NCBI GenBank assembly: GCA_964016885.1
Contig: OZ024743.1
Coordinates: 344,720,001-344,784,000 of the forward strand
Source of the DNA: Eledone cirrhosa
Taxonomy: Eukaryota
Reading direction: 5' to 3'
Length of the DNA: 64,000 nucleotides
This document shows positions 14,136-29,082 of the stretch, piece after piece. Both the position numbers and the translations under genes were made by a program. The notes beneath the pieces are model-generated. The model was not told where the DNA came from. It did not search any database and saw only the letters and a list, made by a program, of their open reading frames with translations. Each line of letters starts with the position of its first letter. Position 1 is the first letter of the stretch.

Positions 14136-14238
14136 TGTGTAAATGAAGTAATTCCGTCGGAAAGGTCCAGGAAAAAAGAGTGCTCTATGTAGGTTAGAGA
14201 GCTTCATAGTTATGTAATAAACAACATAAGGCAATTAT

Positions 14239-14297
14239 TTCATTTACCAGCGGTTTCTTGAAAGCAAACAAATTTTGCTTTCAATCATTAGAATAAA
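14239..14297 (-). ncRNA. Hammerhead ribozyme, core-mutated copy (CTAATGA)
   Basis: Inverted twin of 21661-21719 with a G5A change. Confidence 0.7.
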
Positions 14298-14403
14298 AAA
14301 AATCCTGGTGTATTTATTGACAATGGATTTAAAAAAACAAAAATATAATCTATATGAAAGTGAGGCTGGAAAAGGAAGAAGGAAAGCAAAAATAAACACA
14401 CAT

Positions 14404-14468
<65 letters not shown>

Positions 14469-14808
14469 TACATAATAAATGTAAAAAGTATTATAAAGTT
14501 GACAGGCAACAAATAAATGAACACGTGGTAAGCAATACACACAAATGCACATACACATACATACATAAAAATAAATACATACACACACACATACATATAC
14601 ATATACACATACACGTACACATATACATACACATACACACACACATATACATATATACACATATATATATATATATATACATACACATATATATACATAC
14701 ATACAAATACATATACACACATATGTATGTGTGTAAAACTCATTCTTAGATGTAATCATATGAACCTTGTTTAACTCTTAAAAATATATATATATATACG
14801 ATATTAAT

Positions 14809-14997
14809 TGTTTCTACGTTAGGCACAAGGCCAGTAATTACCCAGTGCATTACTGGTACTTTATTTTATCGACCCCGTAAGGATGAAAGGCAAAGTCAAC
14901 CTCGGCGGGATTTGAACTCAGATCGTAAAGGGACGTAACTATGCTGGAAAGCATGGCGTCCGACCCTCTACCGATACTGCCAATCCACCGCCAATCC
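14809..14997 (-). mobile_element. Near full-length MetaSINE-like copy
   Basis: 11-bp TSD ACGATATTAAT at 14798-14808 and 14998-15008. Confidence 0.85.
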
Positions 14998-15584
<587 letters not shown>

Positions 15585-15831
15585 CACACATACATATACA
15601 TACACACACACACACATATATATATAAGAAAATACATAAATATTATATATATATAAAAATAAAAAGTTGGGAATACGACAAATAATAAATAAATAAATAA
15701 TTAGAAAAGGGTAAAATGTTTATAGCTGATTTAGAGCACTCAACAAGTTCCTGGAGCAAATGATCAATGAAAATAAGCATTAAATCATTGTATGTAATTA
15801 TACATATACATACACACATATACATATATAT

Positions 15832-15864
<33 letters not shown>

Positions 15865-16145
15865 AACACATACACAACCATACAAATACACACATATGTA
15901 CATACATATACATACATATACGTATATATATACATATAGGAAAAAGTGTGACCCCACGGCAGAGCTCAAGCCGTTTCTGAGGCTATTATATATACACACA
16001 CATAAACAATTATATAAAAATACACACACACAAATATACACACGCACACACACACACAAATACAACAGAAGCATATAAAATAGAATTATATACACACATA
16101 CATATACATACAGATATATATAAAAACATACATACACACATATAT

Positions 16146-16249
<104 letters not shown>

Positions 16250-16267
16250 GTATATACACATATACGC

Positions 16268-16347
<80 letters not shown>

Positions 16348-19186
16348 TAAATATCTAAAAATAAAAAAAGGTGGGTATATGGAGAGTAAGGTAGAAAGTA
16401 GGGGGAAATAAGGAAAATAAATGACATAGGAAAAGGTTTAAATATAAGGGGAGATAAGGGAGAAAAAGAATATAAGAGTACAGAAAGTGGATTCAGAAGG
16501 TAAACAAATCGTAGTGGATGTAAGGCGTAGAGAGCAGAGAAGAAGTTCAAGGTGGTTGAGTTATCGTAGGAACGTCAATCCAGTTACAGATCAGATGTGA
16601 TTTCAGGTGAGGACAACATCTGAATATCTCGGTCTTGGAGTTCAGGCAAGTTGAAGTGGCTTTCAAGTTTTGTAAAATCCTAAATTTTTCAGTAGTACAC
16701 AAAGAACAATTCGTTGTGCCCCTTTGGTACTCTCTCGAATGGTCTAAAATAGATCAATTGATAGAGTACGGGATCTTTTTATCCTTGAATTCCCACACCT
16801 TATTTGCGAGAGCCGTTGCTGTTCTTTTATCGGAGTGTTTAAAAGAAGCGACATGTGCATAAAACCTGGTTTTAAACCTGTCCTGAGTCATGCCAACATA
16901 TCGTTCACTCCTGGCTGGCTCGTTGTTAATTAAAGGTGTACTTTGGCCTCATATACAACGGATTTGGTGTTACATTTGCCCTGTAATGGGCATTAATCCA
17001 GCTTCCTGCAACTGCATCCTGGATTTATTCTCGTACAATTAGAATTAGTGATTTTAGACTTCATTGATGGGCAGCAAGAGTAACTGATTTTAACTACATT
17101 TCTATTAAATATCTTATAATATCTATGATTAAGAGGAAAATGTTTATCTAAGAGGTCAAGGAATTTCCTTCCTACATTAGTTTTGACAGTTAGAGAGAAG
17201 GGGGGTATAAACGAAATAATTTTCCTTTTCCTATTATTGTGGTTATTTTTAGGGGGGGGGGGGGGGGGAGTAGGTAAATAATTAATTTGTTCTGTAAATC
17301 CGCTGTTATTAAGGGCTTTATTAAAAATGTCTAGAGACGAAGATAAGGTAGAAATCCTACGGCTAATGTTGGGAATAAGATTTTTTAAAACTATAGAGGG
17401 ATGGCAAGACTCTTTGTGTATATATCTAAGATTTTCGTTAGGTTTATGATAAGGTTTAAAAGAGGCAGTAAGTAGATCAAGATTAATATCAAGAAAGTTA
17501 GCATTGGTAAGGTTCGCATCTATAGTAATTTTAAGGTTAAGATTAGCAAAAGTATTGATTAAATCTTTACGGAATTTATCAAGGTTATGGCCGTCGGTGG
17601 TATGAGAAACTGCCAATCCATCGTCACGGTATAAACCGATATTATGGGAAAGAAATTTCTCTTTGAGGGTGTGGAGAAGGAATAATCCTACTAAGTCACA
17701 CACATCCGCACTGTCAGATGAACCCATTGCAACATCAAAAGAGTTTTCAGGGTTTGACTTTTTAACCCAAATACTTTCATTAGTAAAGAGTAAAGTTTTT
17801 AGCATGAAATATAATGTCTTCTTCTAATTTAGAAATATTAATGAAGGGTCTTGCAAAATCTAAGGCATTAGTTAATAAGGAAACAGTAATAGAGGGGTAA
17901 AAATCAACAAAATATCAAATTGGGTAAATCTACACTTATTTTTACCTTGTATATTATTAAACCAAGAAATAACAGAGGATGTATTTAACCATTATGATAA
18001 GTCAGTCTTAGTTCTAATTTAGAGAATTATTTTTCTTAATATCTTTTGAACCTTATCATAAACCTAACGAAAATCTTAGATATATACACAAAGCGTCTTG
18101 CCATCCCCCTATAGTTTTTAAAAATCTTATTCCCAACATTAGCCGTAGGATTTCTACCTTATCTTCGTCTCTAGACATTTTTAATAAAGCCGCCCCTTAT
18201 TATAATAAAGCCCATAATAACAGCGGATTTACAGAACAAATTAATTATTTACCTACTCCCCCCCCCCTAAAACTAACCTCAATAATAGGAAAAGGAAAAT
18301 TATTTGGTTTACACCCCCCTTCTCTCTAACTGTCAAAACTAATGTAGGAAGGAAATTCCTTGACCTCTTAGATAAACATTTTCCTCTTAATCATAGATAT
18401 TATTAGATATTTAATAGAAATGTAGTTAAAATCAGTTACTCTTGCTGCCCATCAATGAAGTCTAAAATCACTAATTCCAATCGTACGAGAATAAATCCAG
18501 GATGCAGTTGCAGGAAGCCGGATTAATGCCCATTACAGGGCAAATGTAACACCAAATCCGTTGTATATGAGGCCAAAATACACCTTTAAATAACAACCAG
18601 CCAGCCAGGAGTGAAGGATATGTTGGCATGACTCAGGACAGGTTTAAAACCAGGTTTTATGCAATGTCGCTTCTTTTAAACACTCCGATAAAAGAACAGC
18701 AACGGCTCTCGCAAATAAGGTGTGGGAGTTCAAGGATAAAAACATCCCGTACTCTATCAATTGGTTTATTTTAGACCATTCGAGAGAGTACCAAAGGGGC
18801 ACAAAGAATTGTTCTATGTGTACCACTGAAAAATTTAGGATTTTACAAAACTTGAAAGCCACTTCAACTTGCCTGAACTCCAAGACTGAGATATTCAGAT
18901 GTTGTCCTCACCTGAAATCACATCTGATCTGTAACTGGATTGACATTCCTACGATAACTCAACCACCTTGAACTTCTCTGCTCTCTACGCCTTACATCCA
19001 CTACGATTTTTTTACCTTCTGAATCCACTTTCTGTACTCTTATATTCTTTTTCTCCCTTATCTCCCCTTATATTTAAACCTTTTCCTATGTCATTTATTT
19101 TCCTTATTTTCCCCCCTACTTTCTACCTTACCCTTCACAAACCCACCTTTTTTATTTTTAGATATTTATTTCTATGTGTGTGTTGC

Positions 19187-19238
<52 letters not shown>

Positions 19239-20062
19239 GTATGTGTGTATGTATGTTTTTATATATATCTGTATGTATATGTATGTGTGTATATAATTGT
19301 ATTTTATATGCTTCTGTTGTATTTGTGTGTGTGTATATATATATATATATATAATGTGTGTGTGTGTGTGTATTTTTATATAATTGTTTATGTGTGTATA
19401 TATATAATAGCCTCAGAAACGGCTTGAGCTCTGCCGTCGGGTCATACTTTTACTTATATGTATATATATACGTATATGTATGTAAATGTATGTATATATG
19501 TGTGTATTTGTATCGTTGTGTGTGTGTGTGTGTGTGTGTGTGTTTATATATATATATGTATATGTATGTGCGTATCTATATGCATAATTACATACAGTGA
19601 TTTAATGCTTATTTTCATTTATCATTTGCTCCAGTAACTTGTTGAGTGCTCTAAATCAGCTATAAACATTTATACCCTTTTCTAATTATTTATTTATTTA
19701 TTATTTGTCGTATTCCCAACTTATTATTTTTATATCATTCATATATATTATTATTTGTCTGACCCGAATTGGTCGTTTTTTCGGCTGTGCGAATGATTTT
19801 AAGCATTATCTCAGTGTGTTGGTATTTAAACGTTAGTTATAGCTCTGGTTTATTCAAACTATTGAGTACTTTGCCACACTTTTCGAAGATTGTGTTTCGT
19901 TATTTCGTGGGCCGAGATTCCGATTCTCGATAATTTACTTGTATATACAATATTTATGTATTTTCTTATATATATGTGTGTGTGTGTGTGTATGTATATG
20001 TGTTTGTATATATATATATGTGTTTGCATATATATATGTATGTATATATATATATATCTATA

Positions 20063-20168
<106 letters not shown>

Positions 20169-20727
20169 CATATATATATACAAACACATATATATATATA
20201 TATATATATTTAAGAGTTAAACAAGGTTCATATCAATACTTATAAGAATGAGTTTTACACACATACATATGTGTATATGTATTTGTATGTATGTTTGTGT
20301 ATATGTATTTGTATGTATATATGTATATATATATATGTGCATATATGTATATATGTGTGTATGTGTATGTATATGTGTACGTGTATGTATGTGTATGTGT
20401 ATATGTATATGTATGTGTATGTGTGTGTGTGTATGTATTTATTTTTATGTATGTATGTGTATGTGCATTTGTGTGTATTGCTTACCACCTGTTTGTTCAT
20501 TTATTTGTTGCCTGTATCGCTGTCAACTTTATAATAATTTTTACATTTATTTTTTATTCTTATGTGACGGTACTATATTATTATATTTTTTCTTAGAATT
20601 ATTTCTGTGTGCGTATGTAGGTGTGTGTACATATATCTATATTTGTGCATGTGTATGTATGCGTGTATATATGTGTGTATGTATGTGTGTGTATGTACGT
20701 GTGTATATATGTATGATTGTGTGTATG

Positions 20728-20820
<93 letters not shown>

Positions 20821-20907
20821 ACTAGAAATTGGATTAAATTCATTTGATTTATCTTTATTTATCTTAATTTTGGATATAGATATATTTATATATATATATA
20901 TATATAT

Positions 20908-21197
20908 AAATAAGAGGAATTCCAACTTTGTCTGATTGACTCGTTTTATTTACAATCCTTTAAAATTTATAATGGTATTAGAATGAAATAGTATGATAGA
21001 ATATTAAATGTTAAGTGTTAATTGAACAAGTACTTTCATGCATTCGCAATCTTCAGGTTCATAATGTGTGGTGACAGTCAAGTTTGCAATTTTCAACTGA
21101 CATATTCTATCATACTATTTCATTATAATACCATTATAAATTTTAAAGCATTGTAAATAAAACGAGTAAATCAGACAAAGTTGGAATTCCTCTTATT
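20908..21197 (-). mobile_element. Fold-back mini-element enclosing a minimal HHR
   Basis: About 95-bp inverted arms (aagaggaattccaactttgtctgat...) around an HHR; present only in the right PLE1 arm. Confidence 0.75.
21023..21061 (-). ncRNA. Minimal type I hammerhead ribozyme
   Basis: TGAAC-CTGAAGA-TTGCGAATGCAT-GAAA-GTAC-TT-GTTCA; palindromic stem III AAGTACTT. Confidence 0.82.
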
Positions 21198-21239
21198 AAT
21201 ATAATCTATACACAATCATACACACCCGTGTATATTTAT

Positions 21240-21315
<76 letters not shown>

Positions 21316-21402
21316 GTGTGTGTGCGTGTTTGTATTTTTGTGTGTATGTGTATGTATGGATATGTTGATATATATGTGTGTATGTATATGTATGTGTATG
21401 TG

Positions 21403-21489
<87 letters not shown>

Positions 21490-21660
21490 ATGTGTATGTA
21501 TGTGTATATATATATATGTGTATGTATATATGTGTGCATATGTAATTGTGTGTGCATGTGTGTTTATTTTTCCTTTCCTTTTTCGTTTTCCAGCCACACT
21601 TTCATATAGATTATATTTTTGTTTTTTTAAATCCAATATCAATAAATACACCAGGATTTT

Positions 21661-21719
21661 TTCATTCTGATGATTGAAAGCAAAATTTGTTTGCTTTCAA
21701 GAAACCACTGGTAAATGAA
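21661..21719 (+). ncRNA. Type I hammerhead ribozyme (intact)
   Basis: TTCATT-CTGATGA-TTGAAAGCAAA/TTTGCTTTCAA-GAAAC-CACTG-GTA-AATGAA; predicted cleavage after 21713. Confidence 0.92.
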
Positions 21720-21760
21720 GTAATTGCCTTATGTTGTTTATTACATAACTATATATATAT

Positions 21761-21815
<55 letters not shown>

Positions 21816-21860
21816 GAAAATAAACCTAAGAAGCCTTCAATACATCAAAAGTCTTTATTA

Positions 21861-21898
21861 GCCAACAATGTTTCGTCCTATTAAGGACTCATCAGGGC
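21861..21898 (-). ncRNA. Minimal hammerhead ribozyme (PLE2 inverted pLTR)
   Basis: GCC-CTGATGA-GTCCTTAATAGGAC-GAAAC-ATT-GTT-GGC. Confidence 0.85.
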
Positions 21899-23151
21899 AA
21901 TTAAAGCTATAAGAAGCACTATCGGCCAATACAAGCCAAAAACTCAGAAGAATATGGAGTGTACATTAATTAAAGCATAGGAAAATTATCGGGTAAAAAT
22001 TATGAAGTAAAAATTGCTAAGGAAGTGAATAACATTTTGAACCATATTACTTAACTGCATGTGACACCTAAGTAAATACTTTTGTTTTTGTTTTTCGATT
22101 TCCGGTTGATTTTATTTATATATTTATACTACCGTGCGTAGTTTTTCTGTCTGGTTCTTATTCACTTATTCACATATGTCTGTCCACCAACCACGTAATT
22201 ATATTATACTATGTTCAATATTTTATATTGAAGTTGTTATTCCACTCTTTGTAAACGTACTATTGATCTTTATTATTTACCGATTATTAAATGTACCATT
22301 ATGTTATGTTAAATTTTGTAAATTCTCTAATATGTTTATATTTTTATAATTTTTGTAATGTTTGGATAATATTTATTTACACTAATTGTATAGAAACTTG
22401 ACCTCCATATGTTTCTTGCAATGGTTTTGATATTTTTCCAACATAATTTTTCCCACATAATTTAGTTCTGTACAATATTTTTTCTCACCCGGTCTGTAAC
22501 TCTATATGATTTGTTAAGTTATATGCCATTATATTATAATATTGTTATTATAGTGTTATTCTAACATTTATATTGTTTGTGCAAATTAACCGGAGATTAT
22601 CTATTATATAATTATATAGTTTATTATATATTATATGTTTACTTTTAAGCATTTCTTCTTCATTTTATACTGTAAATAATATATGTATTATATTTTTATT
22701 TTTATTTTTATTTTTATTTTTATTTTTATTCTCATTATTCTTATTTATATTTAAACTCTTAATAAGGGTTAGTTTGTGCTTGTATTGATGGAAATGTGTA
22801 TTGATATATATGTATATAAGTGTACATATGTATATATATATATGTATATTGGGCCTTTTAATATTAATATTATTATTATTATCATTATCAATTATATTAT
22901 ATTATATTATATTATATTATATTATTTTATATAGTACAATAATTCCCGCTCTATATCACCACCTTTGTTTAGCTTTAGTTTTTGCATTGGACTATATTTG
23001 TAATATGGTTCAAAATGTTATTCACTTCCTTAGCAATTTTTACTTGATCATTTTTACCCGATAATTTTCCTATGCTTTAATGTATGTACACTCCATATTC
23101 TTCTGAGTTTTTGGATTGTAATGGCCGATAGTGCTTCTTATAGCTTTAATT

Positions 23152-23189
23152 GCACTGATGAGTCCTTAATAGGACGAAACATTGTTGGC
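23152..23189 (+). ncRNA. Minimal hammerhead ribozyme (PLE2 5' pLTR)
   Basis: Same motif with an intact core; stem I weakened by GCC>GCA. Confidence 0.8.
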
Positions 23190-23425
23190 TAATAAAGACT
23201 TTTGATGTATTGAAGGCTTCTTTGGTTTATTTTCATAATTCTTCGGCTCTGTTTAATTACATTGAGCTATACCTTTACTGTCATTTCTATAATACGAAGA
23301 GGGTGTTTAACTCCAACACACTCTAGTATTTTAATTCTTGTTACTGCTCCTGATTGGTTGAGCTTCCTCCTATATATATATATATATCTGACAGTATGCT
23401 TCCTCCTTTATATATATCTGACAGT

Positions 23426-26101
23426 ATGCTAACAAAGAGTTACTTGCCTTTATCTCTGAAGAATATTCCCATCCGCTCTAGAAATACTTATGAAAAACTC
23501 TTAATTGCTAGTGTTAACTCCTTCGTAAAAAGGATTAGATGGCGTGCTTTCCACTATGATATTAATAGGAATAGGACTGACCCCAAGCATAGAACTCATT
23601 TCAATAACTTTGGCTTCAAAACTTATAAGAGCCCACCACATAATGTTCTATTAGATAATTTTGAAAATGACTTACTTTCCCTTGTCAAAAATGTTAAGTA
23701 TAGGCCATATAATAGATATGGAAATTATAATAAGTTTGACAAGTTCCAGTCTAGACTTAATAATATTGTTAAGGGTTTTAGAGCGAATAAGTCTATTCTT
23801 GTCCCGGCTGATAAGACTAAGAATCTATACTCTATGGATTACAGTGCTTACCGTGATTTTATTTATAAGGAGCTGCATAGAAATTATAAAAAGACTACGC
23901 AGGATAATTTGAACCATATAAATAGTGAGGGTCTTAAGATAGTCTCGGACCTTGACCTCGATAAGTATACCCTAGGGAACCGAGATTCACTCTTAAGGAT
24001 CATAAGGTAGACTTCATTAGTAATCCCTCTGTTAGACTCATCTGTCCTTCTAAGTCTGATATAGCCATAATTAGTAAAACAATCCTTGACCTTATTATAC
24101 CAGATGTTAGGGAGAAGGTTAATTTTAACCTATGGGGGAACACTAAGGAGGTTATAGATTGGTTCTCTGGTATTAATAAACTTGAATCTAGTAGGTTTAT
24201 CCAGTTCGATATTGATGCCTATTACACATCGATTTCATCCATTCTCCTTAATAAAGCCTTAATGTTGGCCATGAGAGTGTCCAGCCTTACACGATCACAG
24301 GTAGATATTATACTAGCAGCCCGTAGAACTATCATTAATTTTGAGGATACTTTTTGGACCCGTAAAAACACGCCCAACAATTTCGACGTTACAATGGGTT
24401 CGAGTGATTCGGCCCAGGTAACTGATCTTGTTGGGCTGTTCCTCCTAAATGAACTATATGTTACCTTTCCGCACCTTAAAGGCGGACACATTATCGTGAC
24501 GATGCATTGTTTGTGATTAACTCTAGCACCAACAACGTCGAGCATAATAAGAAGAAGCTTTATAAGTTTTTTAAAAGCTATAACCTTTCGATCACGATAG
24601 ATAGAAACGATAGAGCGGTCAACCTTTTAGATGTGACTTTGGACTTGGTCACTAATAGTTTTAAACCCTTCCATAAGCCTAATGAAATACTCTCTTATGT
24701 TAGTCCCAATTCTAACCACCCCAAATCTATGATAAGCTCTATAATTAAGGGTGTATCTAATAGGATTTCCACACTCTCTAAGGACGTAGGAACATTTAAT
24801 GCACATGCAGAGTACTATAATAAGGCCCTAGCTAACTCCGGTTACTCTGGTAAAATACATTATAATAATAGTAACCTTAGAAAGTCTCCGCTTACTTATA
24901 ATAATAATAACATAATATCCCATAACATGGCCATGAATGGGAGTAGGACGCATAAGAATCGTAGTAATCACATAGGTGTATCTGAACCCATCCATAAGTT
25001 AAGCCACCGGACTCGTAATAGGGAATCTAATACTTCTATGAATCAAGTCGAGCCCTCTGAGCGCTCACCCAGTGGTAATGATTTTGCTAGATCTAATTCT
25101 AATAATTTTGTTCTACTGATCCGATTATTAGCCCTAATCCTTTTGATATGATTCCAGATAGCAGCAGATATACTAAAGGTAGAAACAGAAAGGGACTTAA
25201 TGGAGTTTCGGCTGATTCTAATAATGTGGTTTTAACTAGTCCTTGTAATAACCCAAATCTTAATAATGGGATATTAGATAACGGTAGAGTTGGTAAGGAT
25301 AAAAATAGAAGGAGACTAAATACTTATTTTAACCCGCCATATAATCAGGAAGTATTAACTAACATCCCTAGATCTTTCTTTTCTATCTTAGAGAAAAATT
25401 TCCCTCCTACTAATAAATACCATAGTATTTTTAATAAAAATGTAATTAAACTTTCATTCTCTACCACCCCTAACATTAGTTCTCATTTAGCTAGCACTAA
25501 CAATGGGAAAATTAGGGATGGATACTCCTCTCTACGTACTACTAGTCTGAATAGATCCATAAATGCCTTACCACCAGAGCAGACCTTATCTCATAGTAAT
25601 CCTACGTGTGATGCATCACTACTTCAGCCGATCAATAACACCCGGAAGTGTAACTGTAGAGTGAGTGCTAACTGCCCTTTAAACGATAACTGCCTCTCTA
25701 AGAACATAGTTTATACTTGTGTAGTTAAAACTAATTCCTCTAATAGCACATATATAGGCTCTACATCTAACACTTTTAAGACTAGGTTTAATTCTCATAT
25801 CTCTAATTTTAAACATGTTAAGTTTAAGAATTCTACTTCTTTAGCACACCATATCTGGGATCTTAAGGGGGCTAATATACCATATAGACTTAATTGGCGA
25901 ATAGTAGCACGCTCTAATAACCTTTCAGCACATACTAAATTTTGTAATCTCTGTATCCTTGAGACCCACTCTATAATTTTCTCTAGGGAAACCTTACTTA
26001 ATAGAAAGTCTAAGATATTCTCTTCTAGCCCCCACGCCATTTTAAATTCTTACTTTTATTATAAACCTAAAGGTTCTAGTAGTGTAAATTGTATCTATTA
26101 G
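23426..26101 (+). pseudogene. PLE2 RT + GIY-YIG endonuclease ORF, frameshifted
   Basis: MLTKSYLPLSLKNIP start, RIRWRA, PADKTKNLY, FDIDAYY, FDVTMGSSDSAQVTDLVG, YRDDA, LLDVTLDL, SNHP, YFNPPY, CNCR....CPLNDNC, NIVYTC...YIGST. Frameshifts near 23970, 24490 and about 25100-25150. Confidence 0.9.
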
Positions 26102-27832
26102 CTGCTATATTCCCTTATCTTTTTAGTTTGGGTTCATTTTGTTTACCACCATCATTATCATCATTATTATCATTGGCTTTTAATAGCTTTTCATTCTAGC
26201 TTTCATAGTCTTTTGGCTACCATACCATATCTATCTTCTTAAATATTATATTTTCACTATTAACACCTTATGAGTTTATATCTGATTATATATTTTATTT
26301 TACATTATTTTATTTTATTTTATTTGGATTCTTCTTTGGATAATTACCCCCCCCCCCACACACACACTTGTCATTCGCCCCTTCAAATATACTATAATTA
26401 TATTCAATTCCCTTTTGTGCTCCTTTCTATTGTAAAATACAGTATATTGATTATGATTTTATGCTCCTTCGTATCCTCCATACATTTCTTTTTCTGTCCC
26501 CATTGGCCTACCATAATTCTATTTAAAGTCCGTTTATTAGATAACGTTATGCAACTGATAGTAGAATATTTCTTTCTTTTCTAGATATTTTTATAGTGAT
26601 ATCTTAAACTTTGGAGATTTTGATTACTTAAACCATAGCTAATATTGTATTGACTTATTATGTATTTTAAATACTTTCAATATTAATTAATTTAATAGGG
26701 TTTTCTAGTCATTTATCCGGGTTTGTTTCCTAAATTTTTTACTTAACTACATGTGACACCTAAGTAAATACTTTTATTTTTGTTTTTCGATTTCCGGTTG
26801 ATTTTATTTATATATTTATACTACCGTGCGTAGTTTTTCTGTCTGGTTCTTATTCACTTATTCACATATGTCTGTCCACCAACCACGTAATTATATTATA
26901 CTATGTTCAATATTTTATATTGAAGTTGTTATTCCACTCTTTGTAAACGTACTATTGATCTTTATTATTTACCGATTATTAAATGTACCATTATGTTATG
27001 TTAAATTTTGTAAATTCTCTAATATGTTTATATTTTTATAATTTTTGTAATGTTTGGATAATATTTATTTACACTAATTGTATAGAAACTTGACCTCCAT
27101 ATGTTTTCTTGCAATGGTTTTGATATTTTTCCAACATAATTTTTCCAACATAATTTAGTTCTGTACAATATTTTTTCTCACCCGGTCTATATGATTTGTT
27201 AAGTTATATGCCATTATATTATAATATTGTTATTATAGTGTTATTGTAACATTTATATTGTTTGTGCAAATTAACCGGAGATTATCTATTATATAATTAT
27301 ATGGTTTATTATATATTATATGTTTACTTTTAATCATTTCTTCTTCATTTTATACTGTAAATAATATATGTATTATATTTTTATTTTTATTTTTATTTTT
27401 ATTTTTATTTTTATTCTTATTATTCTTATTTATATTTAAAATCTTAATAAGGGTTAGTTCGTGCTTGTATTGATGGAAATGTGTATTGATATATATGTAT
27501 ATATGTGTACATATGTATATATATATGTATATTGGGCCTTTTAATATTAATATTATTATTATTATTATCATTATCAATTATATTATATTATATTATATTA
27601 TATTATTTTATATAGTACAATAATTCCCGCTCTATATCACCACCTTTGTTTAGCTTTAGTTTTTGCATTGGACTATATTTGTAATATGGTTCATAATGTT
27701 ATTCATTTCCTTAGCAATTTTTACTTGATAATTTTTACCCGATAATTTTCCTATGCTTTAATGTATGTACACTCCATATTCTTCTGAGTTTTTGGCTTGT
27801 ATTGGCCAATAGTGCTTCTTATAGATTTAATT

Positions 27833-27870
27833 GCCCTGATGAGTCCTTAATAGGACGAAACATTGTTGGC
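27833..27870 (+). ncRNA. Minimal hammerhead ribozyme (PLE2 3' pLTR)
   Basis: GCC-CTGATGA-GTCC/GGAC-GAAAC-ATT-GTT-GGC; near-palindromic AACATTGTT stem III. Confidence 0.85.
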
Positions 27871-28037
27871 TAATAAAGACTTTTGATGTATTGAAGGCTT
27901 CTTTGGTTTATTTTCATAATTCTTCGGCTCTGTTTAATTACATTGAGCTATACCTTTACTGTCATTTCTATAATACGAAGAGGATGTTTAACTCCAACAC
28001 ACTCTAGTATTTTAATTCTTATATATATATATATATA

Positions 28038-29082
28038 TTGTTATACTTGGGGAGGGTCATATTTGTGTAATAATATTGCCAGAATTAATAACAGAACACA
28101 CTCACTGTTTGGTTGGTTTTCGCTTCTGTGTCTTTTATATCGGTTAATTTAATTTATTCGGTTCTCAATGTTGCCATTGACTGACCAACGGTCAAAAATA
28201 CAGATACAATATAGACACAAACACATATATATAGTCTATCAAAGTTCTTTCGTTGCACATCTGCAACATCGTCAGTGGTGCTATTATATTTCCTCCCGTT
28301 GCATTGTATGCTTACGCCATCTTTATTTAGTCTGTTTATTTATTTATATATTTGTTTATTTTCTGTCTTCTCTGCGCATGCGTTTGCGTGAGTGTATAGT
28401 GTTTTGTTTGATGTGTGTTCTTGTTTGGGTGACTGTGCATTGGTTAATGTATTCTATCTTAGTTTACTAGTGTGTCTTTATATGTGTTTGTTCTTATTGT
28501 GTTTGTGTATTTATTTATTTATTTATTTATTTATTTATACTTCTCTTAGGTCAGTGTTGTTTGTTTGGGTGTTGTTATTCCATTCATTTTTTCTGTTTAG
28601 CCTTGGCCTTCTAAGTTCTATTTCGCTGGCCTCTCTGATTTGCCTATCTGCTGGGTCATTTCTATGTTTAGATATTATTCTAACTTCTATGTTGTCTATG
28701 TTACCGTTGTGTTGTTGTCTGGCATGTTCGTATAGTACTGAACCGTTTTTTCGTCCTTTTAGTTCCCCCCAGCGTTGGTCTATCCTTTCACCTATGCTAC
28801 GAGCTGTCTCGCCTATGTATGTTGTTGTCATGTTTCTGCAAGTACCCTCTGTACATCTTATTTTATAGACTACGTTTCTAGTTTTACAATTTATCCGGGC
28901 GTTTACTCTACATATGATACATTTCCTATTAATACAGTGCGTTTTCTTAAAAGGGTAGGTTTTGCTAATCAGGGATTTTATGGTGGTTCCTGGCTTTTCT
29001 ACCACCTTAATCTTTAAGTGGGTCTTTCTCAGGGCCTTTCTACACTGGTTAGCTAATTTACCTCCAGGGGTAGCGTCCACGT
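28038..29082 (-). mobile_element. PLE3 inverted arm (GIY-YIG + pLTR)
   Basis: Reverse complement of about 31850-32910; HHR motif with CTGACGA core at 28236-28280. Confidence 0.9.

Larger units (their letters stand above)
21812..28020 (+). mobile_element. PLE2: essentially full-length Naiad-type Penelope-like element
   Basis: Inverted partial pLTR 21812-22050, direct pLTR 22049-23338, ORF region, second pLTR 26740-28020. (TA)n on both sides. Confidence 0.92.

Noticed and set aside
18524-18526. In-frame stop in the Naiad zinc-finger linker as possible selenocysteine (some Naiads encode Sec)
   Set aside because: The codon is TAA, not TGA, and falls at a non-Cys position. All linker Cys codons in PLE1 and PLE2 are TGY.
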